This document shows, piece by piece, positions 19,948-28,436 of a DNA stretch of 64,000 nucleotides. Positions within the stretch are counted from its first letter, which is position 1. Each line of letters starts with the position of its first letter. The position numbers were made by a program, and so were the translations under genes. The notes beneath the pieces are model-generated. The model did no database searches and was not told the DNA's origin. It worked only from the letters and a program-made list of their open reading frames with translations. This DNA is from Candidatus Bathyarchaeia archaeon (GTDB lineage Archaea; Thermoproteota; Bathyarchaeia; 40CM-2-53-6): contig JBEKVV010000002.1 in NCBI GenBank assembly GCA_049513715.1, forward strand, positions 448,001 through 512,000, written 5' to 3'.

Positions 19948-20040
19948 AATTGAGAGCGACTAGAAGATTTACAAAGCCTATTCTGAATGGAAGGGTTTCC
20001 GCATTTCTTAAAGTGGGTTCCCCGGCTCCGGCGGCCGAAT

Positions 20041-20505
20041 TCAGTTGCATGGTTTTGTGAGTAATTGCACCGCAAATTGAAAATCCAAAGAAGGCTGCAC
20101 CATTCCGTTAGCGCCCGAACCCTTTACTACTATCAGTCCGGTCATCCACGGGTGCGGGTCACAATGGTAAGGAAACACGCCTGGCGTGGTGAAGGTGTGT
20201 GTGAAACTCGTGCCGGGTTGAATCAAGCCGGAATAGAATTCTGGTATATTGCTGTGCGCTGTATGCCAGGTTGAGTCTTCATTCTTCCACGTAACCGTAT
20301 TGTTTACCCCTATCACAATCTTGATCAGCGCTGGATCGAAGCCAAGCTGAGGGTTTGTAGCCGCGCCGGCAACTATAGTCACGGTAACCTGCGTTGGCGT
20401 ATTCCTTGGTATGCTGACAGGGTTAATGGCAATGTATCCCACGATGCCCACTGTTGCCAGAACAACCATCAGTGCAAGAAACACTACGGTCTTCTGCCTT
20501 GACAC
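20041..20505 (-). CDS. Membrane-anchored cupredoxin (plastocyanin/halocyanin-like blue copper protein)
   Basis: N-terminal TM; TVTWKNED..WHT; type-1 Cu loop YHCDPHPWM.G. Confidence 0.9.
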   Translation of the reverse strand: MSRQKTVVFLALMVVLATVGIVGYIAINPVSIPRNTPTQVTVTIVAGAATNPQLGFDPALIKIVIGVNNTVTWKNEDSTWHTAHSNIPEFYSGLIQPGTSFTHTFTTPGVFPYHCDPHPWMTGLIVVKGSGANGMVQPSLDFQFAVQLLTKPCN

Positions 20506-20659
20506 CTACTTACACTTCTTTCGCGCAAATATAGGCTAGGTTCAACGGCGTGGATCTGCATTCAGATAAGAAGGTTGTGAACGATGCGTAGCCGCGAGGT
20601 AGGAACTTTTATGTTGGATTAATTCTCTTGGAACGATAGCGAACAAGGACAGGAATTTC

Positions 20660-22645
20660 TTGAAAGGAACCCGTTCAGCCCTACTTTGTTTCGTAATAAT
20701 CGGTCTTATGATGTTGGCCCCCAACCAAGCCTCGGCCGCAACACACCCGCTAGACGGCACAGGAGGCCAAATTGCGCCTTCGAGCGGGTACCGAACCGTC
20801 AGCATGCCAGTGAAAGTCGTCTTCGTCGGCATAGACCCGGCAACTGTGGACCTAAGCTACAGCAAATGGAATGTGAATGTTCCAAGCACGATCTATGGCC
20901 AGGTTCTGGCTCCGCAACCGTACCTTACCGGCGTCATTTACAAACTAGACTACAACTATACTTTCGCTAGCAACGCGTACAAAGCCAAACTCATCTCGTA
21001 TCTGCAGAGCATCGAAGTCAAAAAGTATACGACAAACCCCTGGTTCTACTATTACACCCAAGACCAGTCGGGCTACGTATCTCAGGGATATCAATCGATG
21101 AATTACGTTGTCTACGACGCCAACTTAGCAGAGGACTGGATCTACAGTAACCAACAAGACCTCGGCGGCTTTCCGTCCAACGGTTGGACAATGATGTTCA
21201 TGAATCTCACTGAACTTCCATCCTATAGTTTCAAGGACTACAGAGACTTCCTGAATTCGAACAGATACGGGGTACCCAATGGTACGGCTCACTACTTCGG
21301 CGTCACCTACCGTGACGCTGACCTCGGATATGTGTTACGAAACCGTGATTTCATGTCAGGTTGGGGAGGTGTTCACAGACTCTGGTTTAATGACCTCAGC
21401 GCTGGCCCGTGCTTCATGACGTACCCTGAAGAACTCCCAGTACAGATCGCCCTCAGAGACAACAACTATGACCTGCACAGTTCGTACGGTAAATTGTGGT
21501 TTTCTGAGTATCTTGCAGATTACGTATCACAGGCAACATTGAATCTTATCACTCCACCACTTCTATACGACCCGGTGTTTTCGCAAACATACAGTTTTGA
21601 CGTTCACATTTTTGATGATAGAAACCCAGCCGAGAAAGCTGGAGTCGACATTCGGTCCAGTGTAAGCCCAGATCTTATCAAGAAAGCGTTTCAGTACCTC
21701 GTTCCCTATTCGAAGATCAACGTCGCGGTTACTTTTGAGGACCTTGCGAAATACCCCGACTTGCAGGCTGTTGTTAAGTCAAGTTACAAGTACGCCGACT
21801 CTTACACTTACGGCGTTGAATTCGCCTCACCTCTACGCTACGGCATCGTTGACACACGACCAATCTACCAGTATTTCCAGAATAACATCAACACTTTCGA
21901 ACCACACTATAGACGCGATCGGACAGAGTTCACAGTTCCAGTTTACGCGTTCGCTTTCAGCAACGAGACGAGCATGGCTTTCACGGGCAAGTGGCTCATC
22001 GAACCGATTGGTGGCGTAGCTCTGGGAGATGCCGCTTTCGTGTCCGACAGCCAATCCGAATTCGTAAGAGGCGACCAAATAACGCCACCCCAACCAGACA
22101 AGGGATTGGGGTTTACCCATGACATAATTCACGAAGCAGGACACATGCTTGGGTTGCCACATCCGTTCGACTACGGCCCAGTAGGGAACTTCATACAAAC
22201 TCCAATGAGCTATTTCACGTGGGATTATTCATTTGGCCAAGCGGACAAGGACGCCCTTCGGCGAGCACATGTTGACAGCATCTACCTCGGGGTGCAATTG
22301 ACCATGAACCAGCTGGCTCAGAAAGGAGTCGACGTAAGCCCCATTTTCACTCAACTAAGGGATGTAGATGCGAAATACAATCAGATGGACTACGAAGGTG
22401 CGTTGGCATTGGTTCTTAAGGCCGAATCCACCGCGAACTCCATGGCCAGTACCTCCTCACAATGGACAATCCAACAGGGCCCTTCAGTGAACGCGACACT
22501 CTACATGATCCTCGCGGCTTCCTTGGGCTTGATCATAGGCATCGCGGTTACTTGGCTACTCGTGAAGAAGAGAGTTATCACTTCTGAACCTAGAGCCCGC
22601 CGCCTTCGCAGATCCAAGAGAACACGAAGACGTTCATCAAGATGA
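20660..22645 (+). CDS. Secreted, C-terminally anchored metzincin-like metalloprotease
   Basis: Signal peptide; HEAGHMLGLPH plus Met-turn TPMSY; C-terminal TM and Arg-rich tail. Confidence 0.85.
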   Translation: MKGTRSALLCFVIIGLMMLAPNQASAATHPLDGTGGQIAPSSGYRTVSMPVKVVFVGIDPATVDLSYSKWNVNVPSTIYGQVLAPQPYLTGVIYKLDYNYTFASNAYKAKLISYLQSIEVKKYTTNPWFYYYTQDQSGYVSQGYQSMNYVVYDANLAEDWIYSNQQDLGGFPSNGWTMMFMNLTELPSYSFKDYRDFLNSNRYGVPNGTAHYFGVTYRDADLGYVLRNRDFMSGWGGVHRLWFNDLSAGPCFMTYPEELPVQIALRDNNYDLHSSYGKLWFSEYLADYVSQATLNLITPPLLYDPVFSQTYSFDVHIFDDRNPAEKAGVDIRSSVSPDLIKKAFQYLVPYSKINVAVTFEDLAKYPDLQAVVKSSYKYADSYTYGVEFASPLRYGIVDTRPIYQYFQNNINTFEPHYRRDRTEFTVPVYAFAFSNETSMAFTGKWLIEPIGGVALGDAAFVSDSQSEFVRGDQITPPQPDKGLGFTHDIIHEAGHMLGLPHPFDYGPVGNFIQTPMSYFTWDYSFGQADKDALRRAHVDSIYLGVQLTMNQLAQKGVDVSPIFTQLRDVDAKYNQMDYEGALALVLKAESTANSMASTSSQWTIQQGPSVNATLYMILAASLGLIIGIAVTWLLVKKRVITSEPRARRLRRSKRTRRRSSR

Positions 22646-22735
22646 AGAGTTTACCCATTCCGTTTTTTGTCTCCGACCCGTGATGCGCACATGAAAGCAA
22701 GGCAACTCGCTGGTCACCAAGGATTGCGGACCAGA

Positions 22736-23020
22736 TTAGCGTTTTACGGCGGTGATGATTATTCCGACAAGGATGAAGCACAGACCGATAACTCCGTTAA
22801 ACCACAAATTGCCGGCCGCCAACCCGTCTAGAATTGGCATCGAAAAGTCGTAGGCAAAAGCGACTATCAAGTAGCCCACAAGAGCAACCACAAATCCGAG
22901 GATTTGATGACAATTACGCCCTTTCAAATCATCCATGCCCTCCCAACCCCTGTGGGCATGGGCGGTATCGTACTGGCATGACATTGGGCTTCCTGTCCAA
23001 TTGAACTGATTTTGCCCCAC
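22736..23020 (-). CDS. Small membrane protein (2 TM; true start likely at MDDLKG)
   Basis: Two hydrophobic helices; co-oriented with the acetyltransferase gene. Confidence 0.5.
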   Translation of the reverse strand: MGQNQFNWTGSPMSCQYDTAHAHRGWEGMDDLKGRNCHQILGFVVALVGYLIVAFAYDFSMPILDGLAAGNLWFNGVIGLCFILVGIIITAVKR

Positions 23021-23069
23021 TGCCAGCTAGTGGTGTGCTTGGAGTCCTGACACCCACAAGATCGGTTCG

Positions 23070-23552
23070 TTATGGCACAGCCTTGGTCATGACGTAGGCG
23101 TCTGAGGCATCGTAGTAGTAGTGCGGGATGGTTCGAGTGATCTCGAAGCCCATTTTCTTGTAAAGGTTGATTGCAGCGTCGTTGTTCATTCGTACCTCAA
23201 GGTAGCATTCGTCCACATCCAGCCGATTTAGGGCCGCTAGGGCTTCCGTGACGAGTGAGTGGCCCATGCCCATTTGTCTGAAATCGGGCATGACTGCGAC
23301 AGAGACTATGTGCCCTTTCTTTGCGAACCTCAGCTTTTTCAAGTCCGAGAACCCGTGCTCCAACCTGCACATTATGTACCCAACGACCCGCCCTTGAGAT
23401 TCAGACACGATGAAGGTTTCCGGTTGAGAGTTGAACGTATCGATAAAGAAATACGCGGCATAGTTTTCTGGCAGGCAGACACGGTTTATGTTAATCACCT
23501 GATCCAGGTCAGCCGGATTGAACCGCCGCAACGCGTAATTCTGAATTAGCAA
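23070..23552 (-). CDS. rimI: N-terminal protein acetyltransferase (Ard1/RimI family)
   Basis: INRVCLPENY, GYIMCRLE, GHIVSVAV...R.MGMG, LEVR.NN..AI.LY.K.GF, YY.D..DAY.M. Confidence 0.93.
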   Translation of the reverse strand: MLIQNYALRRFNPADLDQVININRVCLPENYAAYFFIDTFNSQPETFIVSESQGRVVGYIMCRLEHGFSDLKKLRFAKKGHIVSVAVMPDFRQMGMGHSLVTEALAALNRLDVDECYLEVRMNNDAAINLYKKMGFEITRTIPHYYYDASDAYVMTKAVP

Positions 23553-23635
23553 GCTGCGTATCGCGTTTTTCCATGCAGGTGTCGACTATATGATATTATC
23601 CCCAACTAGCGAAAAGGGTGCGCGAATATGTTTAA

Positions 23636-24838
23636 ATGATGATTTCTGAGCTATGCGCAGAAAACCAGAAGGACATTCGATTGGCATCTGAACCAACATC
23701 ACCACGGCTACCCACCACGACGTCTACTCTGCCCAAGTTTCCGCTGGATTTTGGTTCGATTCGCAGCATGGTTGAGTATCGCTTCGGGTTGATGGATGCG
23801 TATGTTGATGTGAACGGGTTAGCAACGTTCGTCGTCCAGCAGGAGCCGATCAAGCAGAAGTTTCAGGAGCTATTGCGCGACCTGACTAACCACAATTTGA
23901 GTGCCAAAGTCAGGAAAGTATCTGACAAATTCGTGATATCGATTTTTCCGAAACCACAACTTGGCAAACCCAGGAAGATCATTAACTTACTGCTTTTCTT
24001 GGCGACCATCGGCACTGTGGCTTTGGCGAGCTACTCGTTAGTGTTTAATGTTGACCCCCGTTTGATGGCTACGGTGTTCGTCAACCAGAACTTGTTCGCT
24101 GAAGTGGTTTTCCTGACCATTGCAATCTTGGGCATTGTCGCAATACATGAGATGGGGCATGTTCTTGCGAATCGGTATCACCGGATGGATGCAACGCTTC
24201 CATATTTCGTCCCGGCCCCTCCACCCTTCCCCTTCGGTACTTTCGGTGCTGTGATTTCACTCCGAGCGCCACCGGGCAACCGTGACCAACTATTCGACCT
24301 AGGGTTCAGTGGGCCAATTGCAGGATTCATCGCCACAATCGTTGTTGCAGTGTTCGCTTACTTGACAGCACCGGTCATAACTGAACAGGAGGCCACCAAG
24401 CTCATCGCGGCCAACCTCCTATCATCTCAACCATGGCCGCATATGCCCTTGTTCATGGACCTAATTGGGCAACTGGGCTTGACGACCGTGCCGCCGGGGC
24501 ATGTTATGATTCTGACTCAGTTGGCATTCGCGGCGGAGATTGGTGCGCTCATAACATTCCTGAACATTCTGCCGGTTTGGCAGCTAGACGGAGGCCACAT
24601 AGCGCGAGCGACTTTAGGCACAATGGGGCACAAGATAACCGCCCTTATCGGATTCGCAATATTGTTCGCTGTCGGCTACTGGGGCTTCGCTCTGCTCTTG
24701 GTGGTCTTCATGTTTCTTAGCCGACGCCCACTCGAAGGCGTGGAGCCATTAGATGACGTCTCCCCGCTCTCAAAATCACGCAAGGTCCTATTTGTCGTAG
24801 CCTGGGTCATGTTTGTCCTCACACTAGTAATATTCTGA
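23636..24838 (+). CDS. Site-2 protease (peptidase M50); true start probably somewhat downstream
   Basis: HEMGH, LPYFVP, GTFGAVI, FDLGFSGPIAG, NILPVWQLDGGH. Confidence 0.93.
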   Translation: MMISELCAENQKDIRLASEPTSPRLPTTTSTLPKFPLDFGSIRSMVEYRFGLMDAYVDVNGLATFVVQQEPIKQKFQELLRDLTNHNLSAKVRKVSDKFVISIFPKPQLGKPRKIINLLLFLATIGTVALASYSLVFNVDPRLMATVFVNQNLFAEVVFLTIAILGIVAIHEMGHVLANRYHRMDATLPYFVPAPPPFPFGTFGAVISLRAPPGNRDQLFDLGFSGPIAGFIATIVVAVFAYLTAPVITEQEATKLIAANLLSSQPWPHMPLFMDLIGQLGLTTVPPGHVMILTQLAFAAEIGALITFLNILPVWQLDGGHIARATLGTMGHKITALIGFAILFAVGYWGFALLLVVFMFLSRRPLEGVEPLDDVSPLSKSRKVLFVVAWVMFVLTLVIF

Positions 24839-24865
24839 GCCTGTCCCCAGCTTTAGGGATCAGCC

Positions 24866-25582
24866 GTGCGCACTGAACTTGAGATCAAATTGTTGGAATT
24901 GACGAAACGCGGCCGACGCCTAGCCATTGGTGAGCTGGCGGATGCACTTCACACTGACGCTCGGAACATAGAAAGTAAGGTTCAAGCCCTGAGCAGACAG
25001 GGGTTCGTTGCATCGTCCGGAGGTCTGATTGAGGCAGAAACAGGGCAACGAATGAAGCTCGCCGAGCTCCTGATCCAAACTGGCCACGACCCGCATCACA
25101 TTGCCCGGCACTTGGAATGGCAGGAGTTCGAGGATTTCGCTGAGAAATCTCTGAGGCGAAATGGCTTCCAAACTGTGAAACATCTCGTCTTCAAAACGAG
25201 AAAGGGGAGGCGAGAAATCGACCTTCTCGCATGGAACGACAATTTCGTTCTCGCTATAGACTGCAAACACTGGCGTCGTGGCATCTCTCCCTCAAGCGCA
25301 CGTGCCGCCGCGGCTGCTCAAATCGAGAGAGTAGTGGCTTTGTCTGGGCGGCCTGACATCCTCACCAAGAATGGACTTGAAAACCGCATCAACCGTAAGA
25401 TCTTGCCCGTTATATTCGCGTTGTGTGACTCACGAGAGAGAATTGTTGAAGGCGTTCCAGTTGTGGCCGTAAGGAAACTCGTGAGTTTTCTTTATGGACT
25501 GTCGCCTGTTGATAGCACGCTCCGGATGATCCCTGTGAAACCCCAACCAGAGCAGATGTTGCTCCTGCATGGCGATGTATGA
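24866..25582 (+). CDS. HTH plus PD-(D/E)xK (Mrr/NERD-like) nuclease-domain protein
   Basis: N-terminal HTH (IGELADALH); WQEFEDF, EIDLLA, IDCKHW. Confidence 0.8.
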   Translation: MRTELEIKLLELTKRGRRLAIGELADALHTDARNIESKVQALSRQGFVASSGGLIEAETGQRMKLAELLIQTGHDPHHIARHLEWQEFEDFAEKSLRRNGFQTVKHLVFKTRKGRREIDLLAWNDNFVLAIDCKHWRRGISPSSARAAAAAQIERVVALSGRPDILTKNGLENRINRKILPVIFALCDSRERIVEGVPVVAVRKLVSFLYGLSPVDSTLRMIPVKPQPEQMLLLHGDV

Positions 25583-25666
25583 ATCCGTTCGCGTTTTTTC
25601 ACTCGAATGCTATAGTGCCGACGCTCAGAGCGTTAAGCCACCGCGAATCCGTCGCATAGAGACCGA

Positions 25667-26365
25667 ATGCCTAATTTGACAGCATGGTGCTCAACGGCAA
25701 TAACTTTGAGCGAGATAGAGCAACGGCTCCGAGATTTGACCAACGCGGTGCTTGCAGGAAAGGCGGACGAGGCGCGGTTGAGCACTTATGCCGCGCTGGC
25801 CCGAGGAAGCACTACGATCGAAGTTCTTGACGCCGTTGTTGAGGGCGTGAACATTCTAGTGGACCTGCATGAAGTGGGTGAATACGACCAAGCAAGGTTG
25901 AACATTTCTGAGAATGCGGTCAGCGCAAGTTTACAGCCGATCGAGGACAGGCTTTCGAAAGCTGAAGGCAGGTTGAATTTGAAGGTGACTGTGGGTCCGG
26001 TTGGATTGAAGGGTGGAAATTTACTCGCGTTGGTGCTTTCCGCCACTCTTCGATCAATGGGTTTCAAGGCGGTGTGCCTGAGCAAAACACAGACAGCGCT
26101 TGAGTTGCTTAGGAATTCGGAAGAATCAGGAGCGGACTTGGTCATCCCTCTATTGGGAACAAACGACCCGGAGGGACAGCTTGGTAACTTCGCCGGGGAG
26201 ATCGAGCGAGGAGGATTTAAATCGAAGTTTGAAGTGATTCACGTCGTGCCAGGTCTGCCTGAAGGCTTCCAGACACCCCTGAAAGTCGCGAATAACTCAA
26301 GCGAAGCGATAAGAAAGGCCACTGAATGGGCATTGAAACGGCGAAGTCAACGCAAAATTCCTTGA
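25667..26365 (+). CDS. Corrinoid (B12-binding)-like protein lacking the DxHxxG motif
   Basis: Cap-like L.NAVLAG...ALARG....EVLDAVVEG...GEY, then Rossmann VTVGPVG...LRSMGFKAV.L...GADLV. Confidence 0.6.
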   Translation: MPNLTAWCSTAITLSEIEQRLRDLTNAVLAGKADEARLSTYAALARGSTTIEVLDAVVEGVNILVDLHEVGEYDQARLNISENAVSASLQPIEDRLSKAEGRLNLKVTVGPVGLKGGNLLALVLSATLRSMGFKAVCLSKTQTALELLRNSEESGADLVIPLLGTNDPEGQLGNFAGEIERGGFKSKFEVIHVVPGLPEGFQTPLKVANNSSEAIRKATEWALKRRSQRKIP

Positions 26366-26487
26366 CTGTCTGTAACCTTCTGACGAGCACTACTTGACCA
26401 CGAAATTTGCTTAATTTGTGTAGAGACGGTAGAAATAACTTGACCTTTCTCCTCATCTGACACAATTAAACTCAACGGGGATAGAAG

Positions 26488-27795
26488 ATGAATAATCGAA
26501 GTGTCGTTGCCCTCACAATTTTGCTTTCGATTATAATGCTCATGGTGGGGCTTTCTGCTATTGCTGCGGATGAGGATGTGAATGTTGGACTTTTGCGAGT
26601 CTCGGTTCAGCATCCCAGGTTTGCTGCCCCATCGTCCCACGTTTCGTTCTTAGTAGATGTTGAGTATGCAGTTCACGACAATGCCACCATCAAATCGAGC
26701 TTGTTTAGCGGAACTCTAGACCAACTGGGACCAGACCTGTGGCATAGTGAAGCAGTACCGATTCAGGGGCCCATTCTCGGGGACAAGACATGGACAGTTG
26801 ACCTTACCGCGCCGGCCAATGAAGGAGAAATGCAATTCGTGGCCATCGCATACTATCAAAACACTGGAAAATACAGCCCCAATGATACAACCGACAATCA
26901 GACCTCTGCGTGGTCCTATTACAATGACACCGACCACGGCCCGAGTTTTCTTGAATTCACGGTGAAGATCTCGCAGACGGCACAATTGGAAGTCGATTTA
27001 GGCGTCTCCAATGTGGCCGTGAGAATGGGCGATTCAACTTCAAAAACTTCGGGCGAAGGAGCGGTGGCTTCCCAATTCAATGTTGGGGAGAACGTCACGG
27101 TAAGTGTGCCGGAAGTATTGCCCCTCGACAATTCTACCCAGCTGGTTTTCCAAGGCTGGCAGGGCGGTGGGAACTCAACGGAGACAAGCGTTCTGTTGGA
27201 TGGTGACATCAAATTGGTCGGTGTCTATAATCCACAGTATTTGTTGCGGGTAGATTCTCCGGCATCGGTGTACGCTCAATCCAAATGGTACGAGCCCGGC
27301 TCCAACGTGACTTTAGAAGTGAACAGCTCCGTGCCGATGGATTGGCCTTTAGGAGCGTTGGGGGTGCATTACATTTTCAAGGGTTGGACGGGTGATGTGA
27401 CTTCGAACTCTAACAAAATCACTTTGATCATGAACACGCCGAAGGTTGTCAACGCTAACTTCACACCGGACCTCACACCGTTGGTTCTTCCTGGTATTTT
27501 CATAGTTGGAGTTGTGGGAGGTGTGGCTCTTGCTTTGGCTCGTAGGCGTAAAGCTGCAAAAAAGGCTCCCGCTGAAGAAGAGATAGTTGAAGAAGCTGCA
27601 GGAGTTGAGGAGGGTGACGTGCCTGCCATAGAGGAAGCGACGGGAGAGGACTCCGTGCCCAAAGGGAGTCAGTCATCGGAAAAGGGTCCGTTGAAATTCT
27701 GTGATGGCTGCGGTGAATCAATAGAGGAGAACTGGACGCACTGCATCCACTGCGGGAAGGCTCTAAGAGGAACTTCGGAATCCATCCAAAGCTGA
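26488..27795 (+). CDS. Membrane-anchored surface protein with InlB-B/Flg_new-like repeats, acidic linker and cytoplasmic zinc ribbon (paralog of 15539-16795)
   Basis: Signal peptide; VFQGW and IFKGWTGD...MNTPK..NANF; TM+RRRK; CDGCGE...HCIHCG. Confidence 0.85.
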   Translation: MNNRSVVALTILLSIIMLMVGLSAIAADEDVNVGLLRVSVQHPRFAAPSSHVSFLVDVEYAVHDNATIKSSLFSGTLDQLGPDLWHSEAVPIQGPILGDKTWTVDLTAPANEGEMQFVAIAYYQNTGKYSPNDTTDNQTSAWSYYNDTDHGPSFLEFTVKISQTAQLEVDLGVSNVAVRMGDSTSKTSGEGAVASQFNVGENVTVSVPEVLPLDNSTQLVFQGWQGGGNSTETSVLLDGDIKLVGVYNPQYLLRVDSPASVYAQSKWYEPGSNVTLEVNSSVPMDWPLGALGVHYIFKGWTGDVTSNSNKITLIMNTPKVVNANFTPDLTPLVLPGIFIVGVVGGVALALARRRKAAKKAPAEEEIVEEAAGVEEGDVPAIEEATGEDSVPKGSQSSEKGPLKFCDGCGESIEENWTHCIHCGKALRGTSESIQS

Positions 27796-28362
27796 AAAGG
27801 CCAAGTCCCCGATTTCAGGAATAAAATGATCGGCCGCTATGATGAGGAAGGCCACTGCGAACACACCCAGAATCAAACCCGTGGGGTAATGCGCTAGTGA
27901 CCAAGGCAGCACGCCGTTGTAGAGCAACCACACTTCAAAGACTATTCTGCCCAGATTGGTCAGGTAAACGCTGATTGCCACGACACTGAACGCAAGGACG
28001 CGTTTCTTGATTGTAACCTTAGGCATCGCCACAATGATGCCCAGGAACACTGCAATCACTTGAACGCCTGTGCACATTCGCTGAATCTCAAACTCATTAA
28101 GAAACACTTGGCGCCCTTGCATCCATACGGTTCCCTTCATGCCAACCAAGCTCATGAGAATCGCTGAGTGCTCGGCGGTGAGCTTCTCATAGAAGAAGTA
28201 GTCGGGCAGGTAGTATACGGCCAGTGCTATGACCGAGGCAAGTCCTACAATTCGAGCTATCGCGTAAAGGCGTTTCCGAGGGGTAGCCTCGAAGTCTTGC
28301 ATACCCATACCCATACCCACCAGTAATGGGGAGGGTAATGAAAGTTGCTCGGTACTATTCAT
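27763..28362 (-). CDS. Archaeosortase/exosortase family protein, Cys type (compact)
   Basis: FEIQRMCTGVQ (Cys), NLGRI (Arg), AHY (His) in a ~5-TM protein. Confidence 0.85.
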   Translation of the reverse strand: MNSTEQLSLPSPLLVGMGMGMQDFEATPRKRLYAIARIVGLASVIALAVYYLPDYFFYEKLTAEHSAILMSLVGMKGTVWMQGRQVFLNEFEIQRMCTGVQVIAVFLGIIVAMPKVTIKKRVLAFSVVAISVYLTNLGRIVFEVWLLYNGVLPWSLAHYPTGLILGVFAVAFLIIAADHFIPEIGDLAFSALDGFRSSS

Positions 28363-28436
28363 GCGAATCTAGCCTCAGCCGCATACCTGAGGGTGGGGAC
28401 TGAGGGCGAGAGTTCGCAAAAATGAAATAAAGTCAC

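Noticed and set aside
28299..28320. CATACC x3 microrepeat
   Set aside because: Encodes Met-Gly repeats near the sortase start; too short to support phase variation.
28373..28405. CCTCAG with two alternative CTGAGG partners in the sortase divergent region
   Set aside because: 6-bp arms can arise by chance; no independent support.
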